The notes: generated by a model not told the origin, from the sequence alone. 64,000 nucleotides of DNA from Sminthopsis crassicaudata (GCF_048593235.1 NC_133621.1:90573148-90637147); one strand, 5' to 3'. Shown: positions 37,901-57,321, counted from the first letter of the stretch. Made by a program: numbers and translations.

Positions 37901-40900
37901 CCGGGTCCGAGTCCGAGGCGTGGGGCCGGGCTCTCGCCCCTCCCGGCCACCCTGCACAGGTCCCTTGGCATTCTTCCTTACTAAGTGACGCCGAACACCA
38001 GGGACATCCTCAAAGCGGTGACCTGTGAGGGACAGAGAGGGGGAGGGATGTGTGGGAGTGATGGGCAAGGTGGGAGGGGGGAAGCTATGAAAGAAAGGGC
38101 AGTCCTCCTCCCCTCTCCCTTAATCTCTGAAGTCCTGTTCATCACCAGGCCAGCAGTCGCTCACTTTTCATGAGGTCCAGGTCAGCAGTGCCCAAGGTTT
38201 GGGCCTCACTCTCATCCGTGGGCACACGGGGCAGCAAGGCCTGCTCCGCTCCTGTCATGCTCCCGATTCTGCGGCGCTCCTGCAGGTTGTAGCTTCGGTG
38301 CCCAGGTGGGGCCTTGGCAGGAGCACGCCCCGAGGCTCCTCCATCCTCGCCCCCCACAGCACCTCCGGATGCCTCTTCCGCCGGAGCCCTGGGAAAAGCA
38401 AGCCACCCATAAGCCACCCTGCTACCCCTTTGCCCGTGCAGGTGGCAAAGGAGGAGGCAGCTATGCCACAGGGCAAAGCCAGTACCCACCTATACCAGCC
38501 TCTTGCTCCCAAAACATGGCAAATAAGCACAGCAACTTGATTTCATTTTCAAACTAAGACTCACCAGTCCAAATTATTACCCCTGGGCCGTCTTATCAAT
38601 CCTAAATTCTAAGTTCTGCCCATACACCACCTGTCCCCTTCCCCCACAGATCCCCTGACAGTAACTCCCAAGGTTACCATTGTTCCTACAATGGTGCCTT
38701 TGCTTAGGCTGCTTCCTTTTCCTGAGGGGCCTTCCTATCCTGCTAAGGTATTCTTAAAGGACTCGCTACACTTTAAAGTTTCCAAGGGCCCTTACAGATA
38801 TCTCATTCTATCCTCATGTCACCCCTGGGAGTAAAGAGACTGAGGCATGTGACTTATCCTGAGTCACACAGTTAGTGAGTGTTTAAAACAGCAATTGAAC
38901 TTAGGTCTGGAGGATTAGGCTGAGCTCCTCCAAGAGGCCTTCTCATTTGAGCCAAGCCCCTTCTTCATATTCCTCTAGCTTTATAATCCCCAACGCAGAA
39001 CACATTTTCTGGGACTTCAGTCAGGTGCAGACCGAGCCCTGAACTTGGAGGCAGGAAAGAGCTCTGTTTTGGTCTCAGTCACCTACTATCTGTGTCACCC
39101 TGGGGGTAATCTAACTTTCTGGGTCCTTTCTTATCTATAAAATGGAGATAATACTCACCTCACAGAAGGATAAGAAAATATATGTAAGGCACTTTGCAAA
39201 CTTTAAAATAAACTACTCTTCCAGTTCCCCTCCCCCCTCAGAAGACACATAGCAATCTTCTAGTTCCTTACTTTGGATATTATAAATACAAAAAAAACAA
39301 ACCCCAAACCAAATAACAACCTGGAATCATCTAAACTACTTCTGGTTAGCTTGTTCCACATTCAATAAATACAGCTTTCCACTACATACATGCTTCCTAT
39401 TTCACATTAGTCACCGCCCAAGGCTGGGGGCAGGGCCATGGAGTGAGTCACCCAGACTCACGGCTGTACCCTGAGTTTGAACCATTTTCTTCTAACCACA
39501 CATGGCCCATGGTAGTTATGCCTTCAAACTTTGCCCACAATGATTGTTGTTTCAGTAGTGCTACAGATACACCCCTCCCTGCTCCCACCCCAGACCCTCT
39601 AGAATCCCTGCCCAGCCATGTCCCCAGGCCCTGAAAATTACATCCACTGAGCCTTAGAGCGCTTGCCCTGTGGCTGAGGCTTCTGGCTGGCCCGAGTGCA
39701 GACTTCACCTAACCCACCATGCCTAGCCTGGCCTAAATCAAACTAGCAGGCTCTATCTCCCTGTTTGTTAGTCCTACTGCTAGCTCACCCAGTTCCTATC
39801 TTTCTCTGGACATTGTAATTAAATCCATATTATCACTGCTTCTAGAAAAGGCCACGTCAAGTGATGGATCTTGGGATTATTTCACCCGCCCCAAGAGGGG
39901 GGGAAAGGGAGGAGGACCTACTAAACTGCCATCTACATAAAGATCCCTCAGGGCCGTTTTACTGATTTGGGAAACTACACTTTAAAGTGATCTAAGTTCT
40001 ATTGTACTTTTATTCATTTAAAAAATATTTTCCAAAGACATTTTAATCAGATTAGTGCCTTGCAGGGGTGTTGCTGGTTTGTTTTTCACCTCTTCCCCTC
40101 CCTCCAATCCCCTTTACGTAGTCAAGCCTATTAAAACATAAACTCCTGGAAAGCAGGCTATCTCCCTTATTTCTAATGCTTAGAACACATTAAGAGTTTA
40201 ATAATTGTTTTTTTCCTCCTTTTAAATTCTTTCAAAGTGAACAATAGAAAGCAAGCAACAAATTATATGAACTGAAGTTTTTTTTTTTGTTTTTTTTGTT
40301 TTTTTTTTTTTTAAAGAGCTCACTTCTAGCCATCAACAAATGTACAACACACTGTGGGTGTAAAAATATAAATAAGATAGAAATCCTCCTATGAGGATGA
40401 AATTTAGTAGAGAAGATTTTAAAAGGAGACAAACTTATAATACAAGATACGATGTTAATTCAATACAACCAAACAGTTTAAATATATGTACAATGCACTC
40501 TTCTGGAAAAAATGACTCACTGCCCTCAGTGAGTTTATAATCTGACGGGATATAACATGTAATAGAGAAAAAAGAACAAAATGTTCTATGTAGGAAAATT
40601 TGAGAAGGGGAAAAACATTTTCAGCCAGGGGAGTGGAAAAGGGGCAGAGAGGTACATGGTTGGATCTTAGTTGAGAGGAGGGAGAGGTTCATTTCCTGCT
40701 GGAAGAAGAAAATGTTTCAGGAAAAAATTGAACTTTAAGGATGAGTAAAAGAAAAGTTGGAAAGGGGGAAGGGGAGAGAGAAAATAGAAATAAAGAGACT
40801 TGGAAAAGAGCCCCAGGCTCTGAGTTCGTGCTGGAGAAGGCACTTAACTGAGGCATAAAGAGTGAAAGGCATTTTGATGGGATAAGAAAACCTGGGGTGG

Positions 40901-43894
40901 GGCCAGATTTTAGAGAATTCCACTACTAGTTCCCTTAAGGTGATTAACTTTCACTTGGTTTTTACTAGGGATGGAATGTGGCTTTCACCTGGCAATTGCT
41001 GAGCAGGTTCTTAACTAGAAGGGAAGTTGCCAAAGGGCAGACCTCAGACTAAATGTTTTGAGCACAGCAAATTTATTTATTTTTTTTGGCTGGAGAGATA
41101 CTTACCCGGGCTGGGCCCCTTTGGGGGCTCTGGGGCTCGTTTCTTGGTGGGAGGATTGTGGTGGGGGAGAAGGAACAGGTCCCTCAGGTTTTCGGTCTGT
41201 GCTATCATCCTCCTGGAGGAAGAACTAAAACAGCAAATCAAGCTAAAGAGCAGAACTTTTCAGGTCCAGGACCTTTCCTCACTCCACTCCCCCAGGGTTT
41301 CCCAAAGAGGGGGGAGGGGGCGCAGCTCGGTTCCCACATACCTGGACAGAACTAGGAGTGGAGCTTGGAGACAGCTGGGGCGCTGTGCGACCACTCTCCA
41401 CTTCGCTGACCTCATCCTCGTCTTCCTCACCCTCCTCAATGGTGGGGGTTTCTCCAGTGGGGGAAGCTCCTGGGCGTTTGCGCTGCTTTCGGCCAGGACC
41501 CTGCGCGTTCTTTCTCCGGCGAGCATCAGGAGGCAGATGGGTAGAGAGTGGGTGATGGATGTGGTGGGAAGATTGGCGATGGTCTGGCAGAGGATGGCAA
41601 ACTCCGTTTGAGAGGGTGGCCCATGCCCCTTCCCTAGCCTCCTGCTATTTCCCCCCACCCAAGCCCGTCAAAGCTCGCTCTTGGAAACACCAGTTCTCTC
41701 GGGGCCCCTTTCATTCTAACCCCCCCCCCCCCCGGGACTCCCAAAGCCCCCTATCCTATCGTGGCCCTGCCTCCTCCCCCCACCTGCTCTTCTCGGGCCC
41801 CGCCCCCTCACACTCAAAGTCTTCCTCCCCATAGCTCCGGCCCGGCTCGTCCCCGCTGCGGGATCCTGCCTCTTGCAGAATCTCCTCAAAGCGCTCCAGG
41901 CCCAAAGTGCGGTGCAGCTCGTGGTCTTCGTGTTCGGCGAACGGAGGGCACCCGGGGCCCGCGTGGGGGCCTGAGCCCTCTGGCTCAGGCTGCAGAGGGC
42001 GGGGAGGAGAGGAGATGGAGCCTCAGGGGTCCCCAGTCTTCCCCCTCCCGCTAGGACGGCCCTTCCCTCCCATTAGCCCCCCCATCCCCAGTGCCCCCGC
42101 GCTGCTCATTTCCTGCGCTTCTATGCCAGGACCACGCCCACAAGGGCACTTCTGAACTAGGGTTACTTCTGCAATGAGGAAAAATCACCGCTCCGTCCCC
42201 CTTCCCGCGACCCGCATGCTGGGAGCTATCTTTGGGCGTTTCTCGCAGCGGTTAATGAAGGAGGACTTTCCCTCTGGGCTCCAGGGTCTGCCTGCGGCAG
42301 AGGCCACTGGGAACTTCAGCACCCCACAAAGCTGGCCCCCGAGACCCAGAGGAAGCCCGCACCCAGCCCGGGCCCGGCCGGCCGGGGGCAGGGGCTGGAC
42401 AATGGGCTAGCTTCCGACCCGGGGCGCCCGCTCCCTCCCCGTCCCGCGCTCGCCGCCCATTCCCCCCCACCTGAGTCATCCTGCAGGAAGAAGAGCAGCA
42501 GCAGCAACAGCAGCAGCCGGCAGGGCTGCGGCGAGGCGAGGTTGTGCCGCCCGCCGGCAGCCGAGCAGGAGCCGAACTAATCTGGCCGAGACTCTAACAC
42601 CCCCGTCCCTGTCCCTCACGTGCCAGCGCGGTCCCCTGCTCCGGCCACCACCAAATATTTGCTCAGGAGCCTCGGCCCTGAAGGGCATCGGAGCCTCCAA
42701 GGACGAGGCAGTGGGCTCCCCCCTCCAACCTGGATGGTGCCAGCTAGTCAGTGACCGAGAAAGGGCAGGGGAGGGGGGAGCGTCGGCAGGAGGTGTGGAC
42801 ACCTAAGGGTGGGAGCCTATTTGCGGGGTGCCTACTGCTCAGGGAGGACGGAACCTGCCCGGCTCATTTTCGCAGCTCTAACCCGGCTCTCCCATTCCCA
42901 GAAAGCTCGCTGCACCACCCCCATGATAAGCTGGGGGAGGGGGCAGGGCAAGCAGGAGGTGAGCATGGAGAAGAGGTTGAGGGGGACCAGGAAGCCGTGG
43001 GGGAGGGAAGCGGGCAGCACGGAAGGTGGAAGGAGTAACGAGTAGAGGGAAGGGAGAGAAAGAAGGGTAGGGTAAAGGAAAGGGAAGGGGCGGGGGGGGG
43101 GGTTGCGCGGACCCCTCGCACCTGAGGCCGCAGGAGGAAGTCCATGGCCGGTGAGGGGTGTAGTGATGAGGGAGGGGGAAGGGGACAAGCCCGAGCACTT
43201 TCCTGGTCATGTGTCTGACGGGACCAAAGTGACCAATAACTGGGCTAAGGCAGCGGGGCTCGGAGTTAATGATTTCCCCCGAGAGAAAGAGGGGGGCCAC
43301 GTGGGGCAAGCAGCCACATGGAGAGGGGGCGGGGACAGGAGGCGGGGCAGAAGAGCTGAAGCTACACCCTCGGAGTGGGGTGGGCGGGCCCTGGGATGCC
43401 ACCGAGCAGGGGCTGGGTCCGGAGAGAAGGGAAGATTCCTTGTGCGGGGAAAGCAGGAGTGGAAGTGCGGCTCCGCTCCAGCCCCTCCTCTCCTTCAGAG
43501 GACAACCACCAATTTCCTCCTCGGTACGAGCTCTCGCTCCGTCCAAGGGCAGGAACCCTCCAACGCTCTCCTCCGCTCCCGGCCTCCAACACGCCCAAAC
43601 CCTGCTCCCCCGTGGCCTAGGTCCTCCTAACAAGCCCTTCCCTCTCAATCGGCCACAAACTGGCCGCCAGCCCCGGCTAGCGCTGCCACTCTTCTCCCCG
43701 GGGAGCCGCCCAGGACAACGAGGTATCAGAAGGGGACGGCTCGGGGTTCTAGGGCAGGTGCGCACCGCGGGACCTTCCGCCCCTAAGGGTGGGGGCCCCG
43801 GGAGCCCTTGGTGGTAGGGGACGATACTCACTGTTCGGAAGGGGTCAGGACCCGGGCCCGTGCCCAAGGCAGGACGTCTGGGGGTGCTGCTCAT
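25937..43894 (-). CDS. SLC4A2: SLC4A2 (AE2a anion exchanger), 22 coding exons, 1241 aa
   Basis: Exons (minus strand): 43832-43894, 41812-41989, 41342-41583, 41106-41224, 38165-38388, 37880-38022, 37379-37559, 34497-34632, 34058-34223, 33372-33486, 32100-32284, 31587-31812, 31076-31294, 30818-30966, 30297-30491, 28299-28547, 28099-28188, 27681-27847, 26811-27064, 26564-26733, 26177-26350, 25937-26017. All GT-AG and phase-compatible, total 3726 nt. Hallmarks [55 protein letters not shown], and C-terminal [10 protein letters not shown]. Confidence 0.97.
32770..33120 (+). mobile_element. Old marsupial L1 3'-end fragment in a SLC4A2 intron
   Basis: CTTTTTGTGATGGCCAAGAACTGAAAACTGAGGGGATGCCCATCAATTGGAGAA resembles the L1 ORF2 end seen at 3075-3135. 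Boundaries approximate. Confidence 0.75.
35500..36720 (-). mobile_element. Degraded L1 ORF2 fragments (antisense), interrupted by an older CORE-SINE at about 35822-35970
   Basis: T-rich plus strand with L1 minus-strand motifs (GCTATAAATATCTTTG, TTTGCATTTTTCTAATTATTAG). SINE core TCACACAGCTAGGAAGTGTTAAGTGTC present. Boundaries approximate. Confidence 0.65.
42471..42479 (-). CDS. SLC4A2: SLC4A2 alternative first exon 1b1 (AE2b1 N-terminus MTQ)
   Basis: ATG ACT CAG|GTGGGG, a phase-0 donor that splices in frame to the exon starting at 41989. MTQ is the established AE2b1 N-terminus. Confidence 0.85.
43122..43145 (-). CDS. SLC4A2: SLC4A2 alternative first exon 1b2 (AE2b2 N-terminus MDFLLRPQ)
   Basis: ATG GAC TTC CTC CTG CGG CCT CAG|GTGCG encodes MDFLLRPQ, the established AE2b2 N-terminus; phase-0 donor. 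Confidence 0.92.
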
Positions 43895-44214
43895 TGCCAA
43901 GGTGTTAGCCCTTCTCACTGTCCCTGCAACTCCCAGGACAACTTGAGGGCAGCATACCCTGAGCATCAGGAAAACCCATCAGTGCCAGGAAGGCAAAGGC
44001 CATTAGTGACCCATGCCCAGATGTTTACTCCGCGCCCACTACGTGCACAGCTCAGAGAGGAGGAAGGACAGGAGACGAAGACACGGGCAGGAAGGGCTCG
44101 GAGCTGAGTTCTCTCTTCACCCACAAAAACACACACACCAACCCCCCTTAGTATCATTCTTTAACGTGTCAGGCACACAAACATACACACATATATTTAA
44201 CTGGGTGGAGGAAG

Positions 44215-44660
44215 GGTAGGAAGGGGGAAAGGACACAGGATGGAAAAATAGAGGGACAGAAGGAAGGAGAGCACTAAGGCCAAAAACAGAGGGACTGAAA
44301 GACCGATTAAAGCCAAGGTAACTAAGGAGAAGGGGAGGGAAGCAGGGAGGAAGGGGAGATCGAGAGAATGAAACAGAGAAAAGGACTGCTCAGGAAAGGG
44401 CGCAAGGCAGGCTGAAGAAGGGGTTGTGGGCCGGACGGGGCCGGCGCTAGAGAAGGAAGGAGAGATGGAGAAGAAAGTCTGATGACTGGAGTAACAAGAG
44501 ATAGTGAGGAGGTGAGACAGCAGAGAAGCGTGGGGAAAGGGCAATAATAGAGATGGAAGGAGAAAAAGAGATTGTGGCAAAACTGGCAGGGACAGGGAGA
44601 CATAGCAAGAGGGAAAAGAAGAGAAGAAAATGGGACTCATTGCAGCAAGAAAACTGCACA
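44215..44660. repeat. Purine-rich (GA/GGA) low-complexity tract in SLC4A2 intron 1
   Basis: Plus strand strongly A/G-biased, read directly. It produces the spurious Ser/Leu/Phe-rich minus-strand ORFs. Confidence 0.7.
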
Positions 44661-46667
44661 GAAAGACAGAGGCGCACCGGGGATATCGGGAGGGGTCCTA
44701 ACCCAGGATCCGTCCCACCCCTTCATCCTCACCCCCTCCCCTTTGGCAGAGTACCCCGCCAGAAGCCAGAGAGGGGAGGGAAGTGGGGGGACGGTGGAGG
44801 AGGAGCTGAAGCCTAGTCTCTGAACTCACCCAGCGGGAGCAGAGAGAGGGAGGGAACTGGGCAGGCCGGGTAGTTTTTTATGCCGGGGGGGTGGGGGGAG
44901 CGAAGGACACGTGACAAGACTGGGAGGTGGGGTAGGAGGTCTCCAGTTGGCTCTCTCACCTCGTAGAGGTTTTAGCTCCTTGGACACATGGATTCCTGGT
45001 GAGGGGAGGGACCTCCCCCTACACCCCTCCCAGTTTGGGAAAATCTGAACCTAAGGGCTAGAACCTGCCCGTGACCATGACTGGCTTAGGGGTGGTTGGA
45101 TGGAAAGGGTAGGTCAGGAGGACTGAAGAAAGGGTCTCTGAAAAGCTAATGGGGATCCATAAGATAGGACGGGGGTAGGAAAGAATATGTATAGAGATCT
45201 AGATAGGCTAAGGGCGGGGAGGGCGTGTCTTAAAAGGTGGAGACCAGAAGAGGGGCGAGGAAGGGAAAAGAGAATCTTTGGATTTTGGGGTGGGATTTCA
45301 CCGAAGGGGAAAAGAGACGGGAGGCCAGTGTTGAGAGCCAGTCTGTTGGGGTGAAAAAGCATAGGTCTTAGGGTCAACTCTGGGAGCCTAGGGCTGAACA
45401 TTCCTGGCCATAGCTTCAACTCAGCTGACCGCATTCCCCCTCTTCCCCCCCCCCAACATCCCGGCCTTTAGCCAAGGCACGTCCCTCCCCAGACTATCCC
45501 CCTACCCCCTTAGAGGGGCTGGGGGAAAGTGCCGTGTGAGAAAGAGCTGAGTGTGGGGACGGGAGAATCTGTCCAGGACTTCTACAGGTGGTCCCTCTCG
45601 TGCTGCTCCATACTTACAGGAATAGGCCCTCAATTTGCCCCCTTTCCTTATCTCATCACCCCCTCCTCCACCCTCCCAGCCCCATCCCCCAACTTTGGGC
45701 TCGAACACAAAGCAGCTTCTGTCCCCAGCGTTCCGGGCCGATAATCCGGGGTGGGGGCACATTCCCGGGACCGGCCCCGACCGGCCCCGGGGGATTAAGA
45801 TCTCTCCCTACCCCATGGATGAAAGGATTAGCCGCGACACCCCAGGACCCCCTCTTCGGCTTTATTCCCTCCCCCCACAAACTGAAGGCACACATTCCAC
45901 TGCTGGGCCGTAAGGGGAGGGGGCAAGGTGGCAGCTGGACCCGTCTGGAAAAGATGTCGACCCCTTCCTCCAACTCCAACTACCTAAAGCTGGCAGCCCC
46001 CTGGAGTCCTAAACTTCCAAGAGTCCAGTTCTCTTAGGGCTGGTCCTCATTCAACCCCACCCTTCAGCGGCCCCACTGGCTTGACCCCGTGTCCTGGATT
46101 GACCCGTCTCCCCTCCAACTCCGGCCCCGCCTCCAGTGAGGCAGATGGAGGGGCGTCTCGGGAGGAGGGCCCGGGAAGTTGAGTCTCTGCAAGAGGGACG
46201 GGGGACTGAGGACAAGGAGAAGTTATAGAGGGGTAGACAGAGAAGGAAGGTGTGGGAGGAGGGAGGAATCCAGAGACCCCAGTCCGGGAACCAAGGTCGG
46301 GGGTCTTTGCAGAGCCCAGCTGGAGACCCTGCCTGACTGCCGGACCCTTTCTGATAGCAGGAAGCGCATCATCCCTGTTCTGGGGAACCCCAGGAAGGGG
46401 GACCCGGATCGGGCGTCTACACTTCCGATCAGTTTCCCCATCCCGCCTCCGCCCTGCCCGCCTCCCCATCCTCTACTGGGCCATCCGCCTCCCCGCCCGG
46501 CGCCGCCTCCCTCCCCCAGCATCCCTGGCTCCACTTTGGGTCTCTGGGTCCCTTCTCTCCTTCCTTCCTTCTCTTCCTCTCCTCAGCGCCCCAGGCCTCC
46601 CCCGCCTCCCTCCCCTTGACCCATTCTCTCTTCCCCCCCCATAATCTCCCTTCCCCCAGTCCCTTAC

Positions 46668-46860
46668 CCGCTTGCTCCTAGCTCCGCTCCCCGAGGATCC
46701 CGGGGGTCTCTCTCCCTTCTTGGTCACCTTCGCGCGCTCCCGGCAGCTCCCCCTAGCCCACCGGGGCGCGCCCCCGCCGCTCCGAACTTCTCCTAACTCA
46801 ACTTTCCCCCGCGCCGCAAGCAGGCCGGCCCCTTGCGTGCGCGCCCCCTTCGTGCCGTGC
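46668..46860 (-). promoter_or_regulatory. SLC4A2: Putative non-coding exon 1a and CpG-island promoter of SLC4A2 (AE2a)
   Basis: CpG island at about 46000-47100 with a strong donor CGG|GTAAGG at 46667. AE2a is known to have a non-coding first exon. TSS approximate. Confidence 0.6.
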
Positions 46861-49499
46861 GCGGTCCCGCCGGGGGTGTGTATGTGTGAAGGGGGGGGTG
46901 TGTGTTAGAGACCGGGAGAAGATGGGCATGAGGGAGGGGGAGGGGGCGCGCTTCCAGGCACTGCCCGGTACTGGCCGCTTCGGGCGGGGCTGCGGGAACT
47001 GCCCCCGTCTCTGCCGTCCTACCCTCGGAAGGATGGCACAAACCACCCCACCCCCTCGGGACTTCCCGGGAGTTAGGGTGTCAGCCGCCCACGAGACGCT
47101 GACTCCAGACCTGGTCGCTCCAACTTGGGGGCATGTGCAGTTGTATATGGGAGTTTAAGGCAGAGAAAGGGAATCACAGGAAAGACACGGTTGGTGTGAG
47201 CACAACCGACCCCCCAGATCTGAATCTGAGATTGCGTTCTAGCCCTTCCAAAAAGAGCTTATCCAGCGCTGGTGCTCCCTCCTCCACGAAGTCTTCCCTG
47301 AATTCCCAGGAGTCCAAAGTAATAATTTCTCTCTCCTGTGAATTCTTGCAACACTTTGTACGTCTCCTAATCGCTTATCATACTCTAATTTGTACCGTAG
47401 TTCTTCTGCAGGCTTTATCTCCCCAAATGAATTGCAAGCTTCTGAGGGAAAGAATAACTGTGCCTCCCACATCTCTTTATCTTCCAGGCAGCAGAACACA
47501 CTGCGTATACATACTCATAACAAAGGTCTAAGTTTTGGGGAGCCGAGACCCCCGAGAAAGTCCCCAAAGCGGAGCAGGAACAGGCAAATGACCTGCAGCC
47601 GGCACTGACCAGGAAATAAGTTAGAATCAGAGGACTGTAATCAGACCTGGAAGGAAATTTAGAGGTCATTAAGTCCAATAATCCTTTCATGTTTGTTTGT
47701 TTTTTAAAGATTGCCATAATTGTTGTGCTTTTTGTTTTTACAATGTTTTCCTTTTCTATTTTGTCCTTTCACCCTTCCCCATTCAGAGAATCATATAAGT
47801 AATAATTTATATAAAGTTTATGCTAAATAACTTATAAAGTAATAACTTTTCCCCAAGATTTTAAAAAGAGAAAAAAGCAGTTCACTAAGTCATCCACACA
47901 TTCTCCAAGTTCCAGAGTACATGCAATATTCCCCATCCATAGTAACCTACCTCTACGAAGGAGCAACCTACTTATAGACCACGAAGTTAGAAACACAGGA
48001 CAGCAAGCAGAGGTTTGAAAGCTACAGTTTCTAACTCCAAGTGTACTTCTCCTGGCTTTCCACACAAATGGCACAGCACTCCAGTATCTTTGGCGAGAAA
48101 ACCTGAATGGGGCCATGAAGAATCAGACCAGGTACTACTAGTAGACAAGTGCCTCTGTGGGTCATTAATTTTTAGTTATCACAGCCTCTTTGATATATAC
48201 CAGACCCTTCCCTGTTTCTTGCTACTATCACTGGTGAACTTTTGTATTTATTTAATTTTTTCACATATGTAATTTACCAGCCATTTTGTATATTCATCAA
48301 GGACATAACTGTCATTTGCTTGTCTTGGCCCAGCACAGTGCTGTGCACATAATTGTTTTGATGCAAAGACAACTGGTTTTTTTAACCTTTAAAATGTAAG
48401 GGTTACACTAGATGACCTCTGAGGTCCCTTCCAACTCTATACCTATTTTGTAAGCCAATGGACATGGGAGTCAAGAGATTCCTTGTCCTGCAGGATTCTC
48501 TTATATTCATCTTCCTCATCTGTAAAATGTGTTGCATGTGTTCTGCTTACCTCCCAAAGCAGTGGAAAGGATAAAATGAAATATATGTAATGAATCACTT
48601 TGTAAATTGTAAAGGGTTAGTTATTATTACATATTTGTTGAAGAAAAGAACAAAGGAAAGGAGTAATGTATCAATCTATGAATAACAAGCATATGTTGTA
48701 CTGGAAAGAGTACTAGACTACAAGTCAGAACACCTGTGGTTTAGTAATTATATATTTTAAATTTTAAATTATTATAGTTTTTATTATAAATTTTAAAGTT
48801 CAAAGATATTTCCAAACTCAAACTTCAATTAACAGATTTTCTGGGAACCACTGAGGGGGTATAATTTCATCAAAGTCCCACAATCTGAGATTCTCAGATT
48901 TTCTGATTGCAAATATACCCCCACTATACCATCCTTTAGCTTCGGACAAATGATAACGTCCCTCAGGCTCAGTTTATTTATTTGTAAAATGAGGATATTA
49001 TCTGCCATTATTTTACCCTGGCAGAGTTGTTGGTCTAATTTCATAACGGATGTAAAAACGAGTTTTGGAAGAATTTAAGAAATTATAAGGCCACATACAT
49101 ATTATTAAGTTGGTTCAATATTTATCAGATTATGTACAAGGCAGGAGATTTACAAAAAATGAAATAAAAAACAGTGCTGCCCAAAAGGAGCGTACAATTA
49201 GCTAAGTAGCCAGAGAGCCTGAATGGAGTCAAGAAGCCCTGAGTTCAAATTTAGCCTTAGACACCAGCTGTGAGACCCTGGCGAATTAGCCTGTTTCCTA
49301 AAATTCCCCCGTTGTAAAACTGGGATACTAGAAACACCCCCCGCTCAGGGTTGCTAGGAGGATCCGGTGAGATGTGTGTGTAACACTACGTAAATGCTAG
49401 CTATTTTACGTTAATGTAAGTCTGTGCGTCTATCTCCGGGCTTCCAAAAGAGTTTATCCTCCTTTCTGTCTCACCCCCAAACAGACCTCTCTCAAAGCA

Positions 49500-50394
49500 T
49501 CCCGTCTATAAAATAAGGGGGTAGGACCCCATCTAAGGCTATTCTGAAAGCCTGAAACCGTCCGGGACACCCCGGGGTGACCTGGGCTCTTAAAGGCCCA
49601 GTCCCTCGGCGAGCCTGCTAAAGTGCAAGGAGAGAACTTGGTAGAACATTGACCTGAGGGTAGCAAGAGACCCCGGCGGGTTTTGGAGAAGGGGAGTCAT
49701 TAGTGGTCCACTGGCCCGTGCCAGCTTCATCCATTCCTGTGGTCAGCTTATTATTGTGGGGTCACATGGTCAGCTTGGGTATCAGCGGGACATCATCATT
49801 GGTCCCTCCCGTTACAAGGGGTCTGGAGAAGAGGGGCACAGTAGAACGAGTCGGAGGTCCCCAGCAGCTGTTTTATCGAAGGACCCCCCCCCCCACACAC
49901 ACACACCCCGGCCCGGGTCTTGCGGAGCAGTTCTGCGCAGGATCCGGACCATCCCTTCTAGATTCCCCACTGCATTCTGGGACATGTAGTCCCACATTAG
50001 TCTTCGAGCTCGCTGGAAGAGGAAGAACCCTACGCGGTGCATGATGGGAGACGCGGTGCGGCGACGGCGACGGCGACGGCCTCGAAAAAAGCGGCTTTCT
50101 GGGACTTGAAGTCCGGGGCTTGTCTCCACCGTCCGGCTGGCGTCCCTGGAGCCGGAGACAGGCGAGTCCTGGAGAAGAGCACGCCGGGGTTTGTAGTCCT
50201 CGGCTTCCTCTGGCTCGAGCTTTTCCCGGAGGCCGGGAAGCCTCGAGGACTTCAGGTCCCATAATCCACGTCCGGGCAGGCAGGCGAGCGGGGCGGGGCG
50301 CGGCCTGGGGGGACTCCTTGGAGCCTCCTCCCCAGCTGAGCCGGGGTCCTAGCCTGGCAGCCCGGGGCTCGCCGGGGGCCCCGTGGTCGCCGTG
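49500..50394 (+). promoter_or_regulatory. CDK5: CDK5 CpG-island promoter
   Basis: CpG-rich, GC boxes near 50285-50305, and extended ZNF143/SBS motif GGACTACATGTCCCAGAATGCA on the minus strand at 49971-49992. Confidence 0.8.
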
Positions 50395-56914
<6,520 letters not shown>

Positions 56915-57315
56915 CCGGGGGGTCTCGTTTCCCCTTTCCATGTCCAGAGAACCGAGTCCACTACCCTCGACCCCTCCAGGCCCTCAGATTGGGAGCTGCT
57001 CAATGCGCTCTCGCCTTGCTGGCCCACCCTCTTCCCTACCTACCCAGGGACCCTGGGGCAGGAGAAATAGACCCTTCGAGCTAAGGGGTTGGAGCCTTCT
57101 CTGCCCGTTTCTTCCCTGGCCCTTCCCTAGACTTCCCTGCCTCATTGGAAAAGGGGTAGGGGTGGGGATGGTGCTATGCACTTAAGCTCTGCTACTTGGG
57201 CCAGATGTTGGGGGTCAGCCTTGGTGGGGTTAGGGGTGTGAAGGATGGATGCCAGCCGGAGCCCCTGTCCCCCCACTTCCTGCGTGCCCCCTTATGTATG
57301 GACTTTATTTAATTT

Positions 57316-57321
57316 CATAAA
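57316..57321 (+). terminator. CDK5: Putative proximal CDK5 poly(A) signal CATAAA; a distal AATAAA lies at 57839-57844
   Basis: CATAAA sits in a U-rich block (TTTATTTAATTTCATAAATTGG) about 400 nt after the stop, followed by GT-rich sequence. Confidence 0.55.

Noticed and set aside
42316-42507. [11 protein letters not shown] as SLC4A2 exon 5
   Set aside because: True exon 5 ([15 protein letters not shown]) is at 41106-41224 with correct phases; this site is the AE2b1 first exon.
42878-43966. 362-aa minus-strand ORF and overlapping long ORFs in the SLC4A2 promoter region
   Set aside because: Only the 21 codons of AE2a exon 2 are real. The rest is stop-poor GC-rich intron sequence giving Pro/Gly/Arg-rich low-complexity translation.
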